Assembly: GCF_006345805.1 (NCBI RefSeq)
Contig: NC_042999.1
Coordinates: forward strand, 148,676,001 to 148,740,000
From: Octopus sinensis
Taxonomy: Eukaryota
DNA: 64,000 bases
Direction: 5' to 3'
Part shown: one piece after another, positions 28,341 through 41,426 of the stretch
How the letters are laid out: every line of letters begins with the position of its first letter
How positions within the stretch are numbered: the stretch's first letter is position 1
The notes under the pieces: model-generated
What the model was told of the DNA's origin: nothing
The model's input: the letters and a program-made list of their open reading frames with translations, nothing else
The model's database searches: none
Program-made: the position numbers and the translations under genes

Positions 28341-29171
28341 TAGGGCGAGATGACAAATGATAACTTACTGTATTTCTAAGCCAATGTCATGCTGATATCA
28401 CAACAATTTCTAAAGAGATAAAAATTCTTTTCTATTTCTCATACTTTCTGTAAGGCAGTCATTGCATCAGTTGCATAATGGAAATAATTCCCAGACCATG
28501 AAATTGGAATGTTCTAGCAATCAGACAAAGCCATGGCAGTGCGACAGAAAAAGAATCCCAATTAATAGGCAAGTGATCTGATAAGGAAGGGAGCAGCAAT
28601 ATGAAAACAGTACAACATCCCAAAACATTGTTCACATATTAATGATAAGTCGCTTCAGCTACAGAAAACAGGAGCTGAGATTAACAAAATTCCAACAAGA
28701 GAACTTGGTTTGACCTGCTACAAACAGCAGCCGTTTCTCCCTCATATCACACCCTACTGGCTTGAAAAAGGGAGGATACATTGGACAATATATTCCTAAA
28801 TAATCCTAAAATGACAGGATGGTCTGCTCATTCAGGGCTAGTCTGGAGCAAAACAACAACTGGTACATTACTATCATCAACTTGTCTAACAACAACAGCA
28901 ATAATACTGTCATCATCCTCATCATCATCATCATCATCATTTAGCACCTGTTTTTCCATGCTGGCATGGATTAGATGACTTGACTGGAACTGGTAAGCTG
29001 GAGAGCTGCACCAGATTCCAGTCTGGTTTCAATAGCTGAATGACCTTCCCAACACCAACCATTCCCTAGAGAGTAAAGGGTACTTTTTACATGTCACTTG
29101 CATGGTACCTTTCATCTCACCAGCACTAGTCACAACTATGATTTCATTTGGCTCGATTTATCTTCTCAAGC

Positions 29172-29357
29172 CAGAGGCATAGCTAGGGTGGGGCAAGCAG
29201 GGCACATACCCTGGGTGCTACTTTGAGGGGGGCCCAATTTTTGTCCAAGATCATTTTCTAATTAAGCCATTTCTATGCAAGCTTACACTTTTTGGTTGAG
29301 CAGGGGGTGCAATTTTGATGCTTGCCTTGGACACCATTTACCTTAGATACGTCCCTG
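29172..29357. mobile_element. hAT-type MITE with perfect 8-bp TSD, nested in an RTE 3'UTR fragment
   Basis: TSD tctcaagc at 29164-71 and 29358-65; imperfect TIRs CAGAGGCATAGCTAGG and CCTTAGATACGTCCCTG. Confidence 0.8.
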
Positions 29358-32099
29358 TCTCAAGCAAAAGATCTTGGTCACTTGTCATTGCCTCCATGAG
29401 ACTCAACATCCAAAGATCATGTTCCATGTCTTTTTGAGTCTGCCTCTTCCACAGATTCCCTTCACAGTTAGAAATCAGGAATCTTTTCAATATATAGTAA
29501 AATCATGATGATAATGATGATCACAATGATGATGATTGTTCTTTTCTTAACTTTTAAACAGTTTAACAACATCTAACTGACTAAACCTGTGATCAAAGGC
29601 ACTCCAGCCATGACCATCCTTGTTTTCTTTATTCAGTGTATTTGTACAGATTGACAGTATATATTAATGTATTTTTTTCTTTTAAGATGTTAAGCTGGAA
29701 TTTGAAGGAAACTTAGCTGCATTTTTTAGCAAAGCAAATGATCCTGTAGAAGCTGCTCCCTTGTTACTTCAACAGTGATATTTTACTGTTTATATATTCT
29801 CTCCTTTTCAAATAGTCTTGTAAGTAAATGGGAAAAACATCTTTATGATTTCAGAGCTGCATTTATCTGGCAAATAAGTTGATCTGAGACTATTTATTGA
29901 AACCTAATTAATTACATTGCAGAAGAGGTACTTTAAACATTAAAAAAAACTTGTTAAATATATTTCTCATTGATCTCAAGGTATTAAAATTCTTGACACA
30001 CCACTATGATCTGTTCACTAAAATGGAGCCATAGAAATTTTAACACCTCAAGAAATCAACAAAAAATGAATGTGACAGTTTTAGTATGCTTTTAGATGGC
30101 TAAAATGGCTTTTACACAATATAAATTGTTATCTTTAAGGTGATTTTAGAATGTCAACCAAAACATATGCAGAGAGAGAGAGAAAGAGTGCACAGGCAGT
30201 GTGAGAAGAGTTTGAAGGCAATTATCACATTTAAAAGAGAAAGTTTTTAGAAGACATTACATTATTTATGAGGCACTGAACTCTAGAAGGCAGAATGTGA
30301 GTGACACCTGTCACTTCTTCCGTGGACAAATTGCTAACATCTGTTTTGGCAATTCCAGGAATAAACTTCCAATTTTGACATTTCAATAAATAGATGGGGA
30401 TGAAAAATTCTATTTGTAAATTCTATCGCAACTCATTAATGTTCTAATTTGACTTCATTGAATTATAAACATTTTAATTTAATTCTTTAATATTTAAACC
30501 AAGCATAAAACAGTTTAGTAAGATGTTAAACATAGTCAATATAAGTATCTATTACATGAGAAGAGGGGTATTAAATTTGGCAGAGATATAGTAAGGCACC
30601 AAACTAATATTTTCACCTTACAATATTCTGAATTGAAATTCCTTTAAGGTTGACTTTATCTTCCATTCCTCCAGATTCAAAAATATACTGGAATAGATCT
30701 AATCAACAACATATGCTCCCCACCTACTTTCGCATTAATATCCAAGTAAGAGACCTCTATCCATTGTTTACAACAATGAAGGAGCCTCTATTTGATTGTG
30801 TGATCTGCAAGGAACAGTACCTAAACAGCCCTCAAAATCACATCCTATCTTCTGAAAAAGGGTAAGTTGGAGTAAAGGGGGGTTAGCCATGATTAGAATG
30901 GCTTGAATGTAGGTTTGCTTGATTAGGGCTGACTTCATGCTGAACAATAACTTGAAACAAGGACCCCAAAAAGTAGCTTCTACATAGTTGCTCAAGCTAA
31001 ATTGCCCTCAATTTACTGTTTTTGCACATGTAAGCCATTGTGAGAACCTTTACATAACTTACCATGTTAGAAATAGTAACCAAATTTCCCTCAAATGACA
31101 TCTTACTGATTTTATAAAAGGAAGGATACTTTAGATAATATAGTTCTAGATATATTACGTTTGAAAAAAAAAAAAAGAAAGAAAGACAGGATGGAGAGGC
31201 TAAAATGTCTTTGATCATGGGCTTACTAGATCAGAACTAATCAGGAGCTAAATAACAACAGCAACAGCTTCCAATGTAGGGACTTCTATATTTACTATCT
31301 GCCTTTCTCAATTCAGCAGTTAAAAGTCTTCCTTAAAAAAATTTTTTTTTAAATAAAAAAACCACTTCATTCTACCCCAAACATGGATGGAGCTAAATGT
31401 TTTGTTCTAAATGGAAATGAAATGATTTAATTCTTAACAATAAGAGCAACACAAAAAAAAACGACAGTTTGTGCAGTCACTTGACTTGTTAGAAATAACA
31501 TTCAAACCTCCTCCCATCTCATACACACACCTGTCATCTTAAAACAGATATTGAAAAAGGTAGTCTTAGATATAAATATAAAAACAGACTGTAAAGACTA
31601 GAAGATTCTTGATCATAAGTTTGACCTGGGGTTAAACAGTAGTAACAACATAAGCACCAACATTGACTTATAATAGATAAGTTATCCAATTTACAGCAAT
31701 ATAACATTACATTGATTTCTAACAAGCATCAAATTTGAGGGTGGGATAGGAATATCATCAGCTAGACCTACATCAGTATTTAAGTGATGTAATTTAACAT
31801 TCCTAACACAATCATTTATTTTCATTTCCTGGTTGTCTCTCAGTATTATTTACATTACAATCTGCTGTGAGTATGTATATTCTATTAGACACACGCTGCA
31901 GAATAAATAAAAATTTGAAAATCAAACTACCCTGCTAATAATGGTGTGTTTGCGGAGAATAATGGCTCCAAAAACGTTTTCTTTAAATCATTTATGAAGA
32001 AAATGTTATTAGAATAAAAAAAATAAAGAACTGTAATCTAGTTGTAGGATTATAATATAAAAATTTAAGTCAAACTGTTTCATGTAATTTCTACAACTA

Positions 32100-32137
<38 letters not shown>

Positions 32138-32350
32138 CATATATATACACGCATATATATATACACACACACCCAAATATATACACACACACATATATAT
32201 ATACACACATATATATACACACACACATATACATACACACACACATATATATATATATACACACACACACACATATATATATATACACACACACACACAT
32301 ATATATACACATGTATACATACACACACACATACATACATACATATATAT
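32100..32350. repeat. Compound (TA)n/(CA)n microsatellite
   Basis: Direct inspection. Confidence 0.95.
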
Positions 32351-32759
32351 TTGTAGATAGATAATGATAAAGACTGTTTTTAAATATTTAATGAGAATAT
32401 TCTAACAGGCAAAGCAACAGACCTGAACATTACACTTCAGGTTTAGTTAAGAATATTGTTAATATATTTAATGCCATGAGCATCAAAAAGCTAATTAAAA
32501 ATAATTATGCCTTCAAACTGCTAAATCTCAATTTCCTTACCTCACTGTCAACCTCCACAATGTGTCTATTCGAAAATATATACACATGCTTATTATCTGC
32601 CCTATCTCCAAGAAAGCAACTTATTCCGATCTCATTAAAATAATTGCTTGTACATAATCATTTTCATTCAAAACAACAATGAAAAGATATCAATAAAAAC
32701 AGTATCAAAAATATTCTTAAATTTCTTATTCTTCTCAACATTATATCCAATACTCTGTA

Positions 32760-32950
32760 TTAATTGTAATTCTCTACTTATAACATGGCATTCTTTGCTA
32801 CATTCTGCACTGATGGCCCTAGCCTAGTGTGTAATACTCTTGGCATAGACAAATTCTTGTACAACGGTAACAGGTAACCCATCACTCTGCTTGACATAAA
32901 AATCTTTTAACAACCAAAGACCATTTCTCCCAATCTGGTAACATTTCTTA
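32760..32950 (-). mobile_element. Decayed CR1-type LINE fragment
   Basis: Minus translation TRLGEMVFGC*KIFMSSRVMGYLLPLYKNLSMPRVL resembles CR1 'LGMIFRCF...LLPLYKSLVRP.LEY'. Confidence 0.45.
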
Positions 32951-34079
32951 CACTGGCTTAACAACACATATTTAGATGGGATGGGTAAAACCAACACAAA
33001 TTAGTTACTGATCCTTTATTTCTTTTTTCATTCAGTAACCCCAGAGAAATGAAATGATAAGTCAAAAGCTCTTTTCGAGTGTTGGGCCTCATGGAGGCAA
33101 TGACTGAGACCTCTGGTATTATGTCGTGCTTAAGAAGACTCATCAAGCCAAGCAAAATTGCAGTTGTGGCAGATACCAGTGTCATGCTGGTGGCACAAAA
33201 AAGCACCCATTATACTCTCAGCGTGGTTGGTGATAGGAAGGGCATCCAGCTGTAGAAACCATGCTAAATCAAACTGAGGTCTGGTGCAGCCTTCCAGCCC
33301 TGGTCAAACTGTCCAACCCATGCCAGCATGGACAACAGACACTAAATGATGATGATGATGATGATGTCAGCTACATTTGAACTAAAATCTAAAATAGAAA
33401 GTGGGTGGAGTAAATACTGGCACTCTTCCTATTTTGCTCTCCACTGCCACTCAGAAAACATTTAATATCAAATTACATATGTTACACATTTCAAAAAATT
33501 ATTTCATCATTACTCCACTTCTCATTCATATCTCTCTACTTCAAAAACTAAAGTATTTAGAGAGGTTTTGTAGGTTATTTGTTTTAGCTTTTCTTTATTT
33601 GGTCTAAAAACTATTGTTTTACAGACAATTTAAAACAAATATATCTAAAAATCTCTGAGAAAACATCAGTGGAGCAGTTATTGACATTGTACAAAGTCAA
33701 AACATCCCAAGTTAATTCATTAGAGCTGTAATATTTAGACTAACATTGGTAAACACATTTTTTTTACTCTTCAGCTTGCCCATAACAAAATTTAAAAAAC
33801 CCTCAAATGACAAACTATTCATTCAAACCAATTGTGGGTGATTAGTTATGTTGAATCTTTTCACTCATAGTTACTCTAAAAGCACAAGCAATGCTGAAAA
33901 TACATTATAGTACCATGTGCAAACATGGCCTAGTGGTTAGAGCAGCGGACTCGCAGTTGAGGGATCGTGCGTTCGAATCTCAGACCGAGCAATGTGTGTG
34001 TTTATGAGCGAAACACCTAACCATGCGGTTGGTAAGCAAGCTACTTACCACACAGCCACTCCTGCACTTATCATCATCA

Positions 34080-35102
34080 TCATCATCATCATCATTTAAC
34101 GTCCGTTTTCCATGCTAGCATATATCATCATCATCATCATCGTTTAACGTCCGTTTTCCGCGCTAGCACGGGTTGGACGGTTCGACCGGGGTCTGGGAAG
34201 CCAGGGGCCGCTCCAGGCTCCAGTCTGATTTGGCAGAGTTTCTACGGCTGGATGCCCTTCCTAACGCCAACCACTCCGTGAGTGGATTGGGTGCTTTTTA
34301 CGTGCCACCTGCACAGGGGCCGGGGGGTCCGGCATCGGTCGCGATCGGTTCGAGCTTTTAACGTGCCAGCGGCACGGGGGCAACTGGGTCCGGGGTACTT
34401 TGGGGATCCGGGGTACTTTGAATGGGTAGGGGGTATGTGGAATTGCTGCAGAAAGCAGCCCGGGTCTTTGCAGTCACAGCATATCTCCAGAGATCTCGGT
34501 CTTTGCCATTGCCTCAGTGAGGCCCAATGCTCTGAGGTCATGCTTGACTACCTCATCCCATGTCTTCCTGGGTCTACCTCTCCCCCTGATACCTTCAACT
34601 GTTTGGGAGTGGCACTTCTTCACACATCTCTCTTCATCCATCCGCAGCACATGACCATACCATCGCAAGCGTCGCTCTTGCACACCACATCTGATGCTTC
34701 TTATATCCAGCATTTCTCTTAGGATGCTTACACTCTGTCTTGCATGCACACTGACACTACACATCCAGCGGATCATGCTAGCTTCATTTCTTTCAAGTCT
34801 ACGCATGTCCTCTGCAGTCACTGCCCATGTTTCATTACCGTGAAGCATGGCAGTTCGCACACATGCATCATACAATCTACCTTTCGCTCTGAGGGAGAGA
34901 CCTTTTGTTGCCAGTAGGGGTAGGAGCTTTCTGAACTTTGCCCAGGCTATTCGTATTCTAGTGGTGATACTCTCTGTGCATCAACCTCCGCTACTAACTT
35001 GGTCACCCAGGTAGCGGAAACTATCAACTACTTCTAGTTTCTCTCCCTGGAGTGTGATGGAATCTGTTTTCTGAGTGTCTGTTGTGTCTATTGTCCCTGT
35101 GC
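34080..35102 (-). mobile_element. 5'-truncated RTE-clade LINE (RT C-terminus, 3'UTR and (GAT)n tail)
   Basis: Minus-strand translation [18 protein letters not shown]...IAWAKFRKLLPLL...LYDACVRTAMLHGNETWAVT...RRLRWYGHVLRMDEERCVKK...GRGRPRKTWDEVV is typical RTE RT/thumb sequence. It is contiguous with the 3'UTR and ATC microsatellite tail (partly duplicated at 34072-34145). One stop and a late frameshift; the 5' end abuts a (TA)n tract. Confidence 0.92.
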
Positions 35103-35103
35103 A

Positions 35104-35104
<1 letters not shown>

Positions 35105-35164
<60 letters not shown>

Positions 35165-35545
35165 TATATATATATATATATAAACATAACATACATAAAA
35201 CATATATATATAAGCATACATATATATGTATATACATACATATAACATATACTACATATAAACATATACATACATATAAAAATATATATATATAAGCATA
35301 CATATATATGATATACATACATATAAACATATATATACATATAAACATATATATACATATAAACATATATATACATATAAACATATATATACATATAAAC
35401 ATATATATACATATAAACATATATATATATATAAACATACAAATATATAAACATACAATATATATAAACATACATATATATATACATTTACACATACATA
35501 TATATACATATATATACATATATATACACACATATATATGTACAA
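35105..35545. repeat. (TA)n plus a 16-bp minisatellite (atatatacatataaac)n
   Basis: Direct inspection; explains the overlapping Y/I/M/C-rich ORFs at 34981-35610. Confidence 0.95.
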
Positions 35546-35721
35546 CAGGTTTCTTTTACTTTCCGTCTGTCAAATCTACCCAGAAGGCTTTGGTCGGCTT
35601 GAGGTTATAGGAGAAGACACTTGCCCAAGGTGCCATGCAGGAACTGAACTCGAAACCAAGTGGTTGGGAAGTAAGCTTCTTACCACACAGGGTCAATAAA
35701 ATAAGTAGCAGTTGAGCACTC

Positions 35722-36290
35722 GGGTTCATCATCATCATCCATCATTTTGAATCCAGGTTTTGTCTCTGTTAACAGGGGTGGCTGGATCTACCTCAATGCC
35801 ATAGCAACCACCCTCACACCATCTTGCCTGGTTTTGGGTATCCTCCCTTCTCAAGCCAACCCTCCCAATCTTCTCCTCCACCTGTCCCCTCCACATTTTC
35901 CTCAGTCTACCTCGCTTTCGCTGTCCACTTACCTCAAACTCTAGCACCCTCTTCAGAACACGCTTCTCATCCCCCCTCAACACATGCCCATACCACCACA
36001 CTCCATTCGCTCTTGTCAGCCGTTCCACTGATTCCTCCAACCCCAGCATCCCCATCAAGTCCTCAGTCCTCCTCTTATCAAACAGCCTTATGCCACACAT
36101 TTCTCTCACCATTGCTTTCAAAGTCCTTCTCAAAATTGCTCCACATTCCCTGAACTTCACCCAGCCAAGTCTTGCTCTTGCTGTCACAGCTGCTTCACAT
36201 TCACCACTTACATCCACTCTATCTCCCAAATAACAAAACCCTCACACTGTCTCCACTTCGTCACAGTGTTTCTACTGACTTCGCCAGCCC
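35722..36290 (-). mobile_element. Second RTE-clade LINE fragment (different subfamily, internal deletion)
   Basis: ORF 35735-36229: (FCYL)GDRVDVSGECEAAVTARARLGWVKFREC...WYGHVLRGDEKRVLKRVLEFEVSGQRKRGRLRKMW; GAT tail at about 35727-35745. Confidence 0.85.
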
Positions 36291-37914
36291 TCCAGCTCCT
36301 TTCTCACATCTTCCACAAGCAAACTCTCTTGCCAGTCTGATGTGGTCAATTTACGCCTCTCCTGAAATTTCTGGCCTTGTGCCAAAATTTGAAACCAATA
36401 TTATCAACAGAACTGGCAGAACTGTTAGCATACTGGACAAAATACTAGCCAAGTGCAGTGAGATGTAACAGGGTGGGGCCGTAGTAGGATGGTGAGAGGG
36501 GGGTGCTATGCTAAGAGAAGTAAAGGAGAGCTAGGAGGAAAGAATGAACAGGTAGAAGGAAGAGGTGATACTTGGTGGGGTTAGTGGTTTATCGATGGGG
36601 AAACCAAAGGCTAAGAGTGAAAGATGGTAGAATTGAGCAATGAAGAGAAAACTGTGGAGAACTGACAAAATGAAATATTGGAAAATGAAGAATGAAAAAG
36701 GAAAAAAATAAAAAAATATAAAAGAACTATCTTTAAAAATTAGAAAATGAAATTAAAATGAAAAGATGACGTGAAGCTGAGTTATTAATATAAATATATG
36801 AACAGCGAAGAGGTCTTTGGAAATCCTTGCTTAAAAAAACCCAGACATTTTTTTTTTCTTTTTTTCTCGAATTTTCAAAGTTCAAAGGTTTAGAAAGTTC
36901 AAAAGGTCTAGCGGTTTGTGTCTGAGAGAGGAGGGAGTGGAGAGATGGGGGAGGGGAAAGGGAGGGAGAGGTGGACAGCTAAATGGACGGACAAACAGAC
37001 AGACAGACCATTCCAATTCATTACATTCTGATTTCAAATCCTGCTAAGATCAACTTTGCTTTTCAACCTTTGAGTGTGATGGTCAATACAATAAAGTACC
37101 AGTGAAGTATTGGAGTCAATGTAATCGATTTTGCGCCTCTGCCTAAAATTATTGGCCTTATGCCAAAATTTGAAATAAAATATAATAATTAAAAAAATCC
37201 GAATAAAATACATTATTTCAAAAGGTTGATATATTTTGTATTCCCACAACAAAACAATATTAAAAATTATTTTTAAAAATGTTAAAAATTAAATGGAATA
37301 AAGAGATGTGTTAATAGCATTATGAAAACATGTTGGTTTATTTATTCATATGTCTTATTTTTGATTGGTGAGATATTCAAGAGGTTCTTTAAGTACTGAT
37401 AAAAGAATTTGTATGAGAAAAGAACAACTGCAACTATGGGCAAAATGTACAAAGCAGTTAAGTTGGCTTAGAAAGTTAAGTAGATTCTTCAACACAAGAG
37501 TTACAGGTTTGTCCTTGTCTTGTGTGTCACTAATTAAGTCAAGGAAGAATAAAAGAAGATAATGGGAGAAATTGCTAAAGTTTCAAAACAAGAAAGTAAA
37601 AGGAGAAAGTACTTATTTAGATTAGCTATTCACAAGCCTGAACGTAAGTGTGTACCCCCCACTCACCCACCCACCCACCTGCCCGCCCGCCCGCCCACCC
37701 ACCCACCCACACACACACACACACACCACACACAACACACACACACACACACACCACACACACACAACACACACACACACACACACTATATGTAAGCATA
37801 TGCATGCACATACACAGAAATACACAATTTTAAGTATGATCACAGTATGGAATTAGCTACAACATCTCCAGTAGCAACATTTGATACAAGAGAGGTTCCT
37901 TCAATACATATATA

Positions 37915-39003
37915 CAGGGGTTGGACAAAATAATGGAAACACCTTAAAATTTCAAACATTTTTATTTCAATATGGGGTAGGACCGCCTTTGGCAGTAATT
38001 ATAGCTTGAATTCTACGAGGTATGGACTCATACAATGTTTGAATTGTTTCCAAAGGAATTTTTGTCCATTCTTCAGCTAAAACAGTCTCCAGTTCTTGTA
38101 GTGATGGTGGTGGAGGATATCGACTCCATATTTGTTTTTCTAAAATGCACCATAAATGTTCAATAATATTGAGATCTGGGGACTGTGGTGGTTAGATAAG
38201 ATGTTTAACTTCACTAGAATGTTCCTCGTACCATTCAGTAACAACTTTAGCTTTGTGAATTGGTGCTTTACCATCCTGAAAGATTGAATTTCCCTCCGGA
38301 AACAGTTCCGCAACCATAGGATGAATTTGATCAGATAAAATGCTTAAATAGTCTTGACTATTAATTCTGCCATGAAAGGAAACCATTGGGTCGGTGGATT
38401 TCCAAGATATAGCCCCCAAATCATCACATATCCTCCTCCTTGCTTAACAGTTGGAAGAAGGCAGTCTGGGTCAAATGCTTCTTTTGGCTGTCTCCACACA
38501 TATATTCGGCCAGTGGTTGGAAATAGGGTAAAGGATGACTCATTTAAGAAAATAACATTCTCGAGGTGGTCATTAAGCTCTGCAGTTATTTTGGGAGCTG
38601 TACTTTTGTGATCCTTTCTAACAATTCACTTAAGAGTCTGACAGTCCCTATATGAAAGCTTTGGTTTTCTTCCAGAGTTTTGTTTCGATGAGGAGGTTTT
38701 TCCCTCTTTCTCAAAGGCTGTCATTACTTTCGAGACAGTACTTCTTGACACAAATATTTTGGCTGTTTTCATTATGCTAGCGCCTGCCTTATGAACACCA
38801 ACAATTTGACCTCTCTGAAAGTCCGATAAATCTGTCATTTTAATTACCTTTTTCTATTTGAATAGAAACAGTAATTTTAACAAAACATTAAGCAACACTA
38901 ATAATAAATCAAAAAACAAAAATAAACAAGGTTTTGATGGTTTTATAGATATTTCAAAATTATGATGCTTTGATGCTCTTTCCATTATTTTGTCCAATCC
39001 CTA
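37915..39003 (-). mobile_element. Tc1-family DNA transposon, internally deleted
   Basis: TIRs CAGGGGTTGGACAAAATAATGGAAA (37915-) and TTTCCATTATTTTGTCCAATCCCTA (-39003), TA on both sides, transposase homology on the minus strand. Confidence 0.92.
37967..38838 (-). pseudogene. Tc1 (DD34E-type) transposase pseudogene
   Basis: Translation MTDLSDFQRGQIVG...NSGRKPKLS...NVIFLNESSF...TVKQGGGYVMIWGAISW...FQDGKAPIH...PPQSPDLNIIEHLW...KGGPTPY*. It has in-frame stops, a deletion between NDHLE and NVIF, and the first catalytic Asp reads as Asn (FLNES vs FSDES). Confidence 0.88.
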
Positions 39004-40429
39004 TATATTAGGAGTATTTATTTAAACTCTGTTAACTCTTGCCTACCAGAATGCCTGACAGTCATTAAATATAACTATTGATGATTGACCCAATGACATC
39101 CTCTACATGGTTATTTGATCTGCAAAAAATAGTAACCAAATCTCCCTAAAAAGCGCATCATGCCATCTTACAAAGAAGAGGAAGAGGAGGAAATATATTT
39201 GCTAATGAGTTCCTGTGGGAAAAGCCAAATGGTCATATACCTTTGATGATAAATGTGTTTGATCAGAGATGACTGGGGGGGGGGGTAAACAGCAATAACT
39301 ATTAATATCAGTATTGGGAATTCCCTTGCGGTAAATTGCTGGCAATAATGTCCATTAAGTACCTCCAAGAATTTGTTTCAACTCACAGAGTAGAAACAAT
39401 CTTTCTTTCCAAGCAGACAAGTGGCTTCTTACAATGACACAAAGTTACACATTTATGGGAAATAGGTATAACTAACACCTACCCCAGTACATAGCTGGTA
39501 CATTTTGTTGATAAAGCTAAAAGAATACAAAATAAATTTGATCTCAGGACAAGACAAACTTGAATTTGTTCTATTTTTTTAATGCCTTAAAGAGAAGAGA
39601 AAAGACAGCTTCCATGTTCCTTTGTGAGGACTCCGAGACAGATGAGAATAACAGAATCTTGATATCCTCAAACCTGGGCCAAGGGCTTACATCAAAGTGA
39701 TCTCTTTGAAAAGTACCCAAAGTCCAGATGATGGTATTAAACCTTTAACAGTAAAAAAGGGCTGCATAGATGCGTATGCTAAACAGACAAAAAAACAAAA
39801 AATATTTTTTTTATCTTACAGGTAATTTTTATACTTATTTTTACTCTAAGTATAAAAACAAAGAAAATGATGTTTTAATTCTCTTAGATTATAACAATAA
39901 AGACAAAAGAAATGTTAGGTTCCTAAATTTAATATTTTCATTAAAATAATGAAGAAAATTCACTGCCTTTTTTCTACCCAGAGCTGATTGAAGCATTTAT
40001 CTCTTCTGTGCTATCTAGAGCATCATCATCATCATCATCATCAACCACATCTGATGAAGAAGGAAAGTCAGAAAATACTTCATCACTGTATAAATCTTCC
40101 ATTTGCAACTTGATTTCCCTCCATAGATAAGGGCCACTTACACTCTGGCACATTTGATGAAGTAGATGCTCAGGAATCAATTGACAATGGACGTATCCAT
40201 GAAACATTTCTGAAACATCAGATGATGATGTCCACCATTTAATGGTTAATCCAGGCAACAGATTGATTTCCCCACTCACAAATGCAGGGGAATGCAACCA
40301 AATAATTTAAGACATCTATTCTGGAGGTTTGCCATATCTGCCACTCTATTGCTCTCAACAGAATATTAAGAAGACATTTTACAAGGGAAGGATGTTAGTT
40401 ATCTCAATCAAATCACATAACTATTTATG

Positions 40430-40700
40430 TTCTTGGTTCCCTGATAGATGTTACATACATTAATCAAATAGTAACATGCTTCAAGTCAACATCTGTGTTA
40501 AAATATACAGATGACATAAAGCTGTACCTGGAATAAAAAGAACAGATCCTAGGCTATAGATCTTTCCAGCAATCTGATATGGACACAATGCAGTAATGAC
40601 TGCTGATTGGCAAACCAAGCTGGCTGTAGACACATGCACCACTCATCATTTTCATAGGGTAAACCCACATTTTACCAACTCCTTTCAAAACACAACATTA
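40430..40700 (+). mobile_element. Decayed CR1/L2-type LINE RT fragment
   Basis: KYTDDIKLY (YADD-like motif) followed by QSDMDTMQ..DWQTKLAVDTCTTHHF, like LQSDLD..W..DWQLKL.V.KC..MHF; frameshifted. Confidence 0.55.
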
Positions 40701-41426
40701 AGAAATCTGTTGGTGAATGTGACCTAAGCTTTATTGTTAACAATAAAAATGGAGCCTGGTGCAGCTCTCCAGCTTTGCCAGCTCCTGCCAAACTGTCCAA
40801 CCCATGCCAACATGGAAAAGGGACATTGAATGATGATGATCATCATCATAGTCATTGTTTAACGCCCACTTTCCATGCTGGCATAGGTTGGATGATTTGA
40901 CTGAGGGCTGGTAAGCCAGAAGGCTACACCAGGTTCCAATCTGATCTGGCAGAGTTTCTACAGTTGGATGTCCTTCCTAATGCCAAACACTCTGAGAGTG
41001 TAGTGGGTGCTTTTTGCATACCACCAGCATGAGAGCCAGTCAGGCGATACTGGCATCGACCACACTTGAATGGTGCTTTTTACGTGCCACTGGTACAGGT
41101 GTCAATCAGGTGGTACTGTCAAGATCTTTGTCAGCCACTCACCAGCTACCTCTTTAACACTATATATGATTTTGGTACATCCATACTAACAGTTTGCATC
41201 TCCAGTCTAGAACCCCATTCTTGTAGAATATCAGCTGGAAGTTGTCTAGAGACATGCAACCAGAAAAATACCCTGTATCAGCCACTTACTATATCATGAA
41301 TATATTTGTTCTTTGGGCATCAACGCACTAAATTTTCAGCATCTAGTAGTTAATTTTGTAGAAGCCCACAAAATTATAAACCAGCAACGATTTTGGTCAC
41401 CTTCTTTAATTCATGGATATGCTTAA

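Noticed and set aside
33917-34000. tRNA-like sequence with A and B boxes
   Set aside because: No acceptor stem or complete cloverleaf; it is a SINE head, as are all other A/B-box motifs in the window.
39805-39830. Plus-strand tttttttatcttacAG|GTAATT recursive-site-like motif
   Set aside because: Weaker donor, opposite strand to the 5281 site, and no way to orient the host gene; likely chance.
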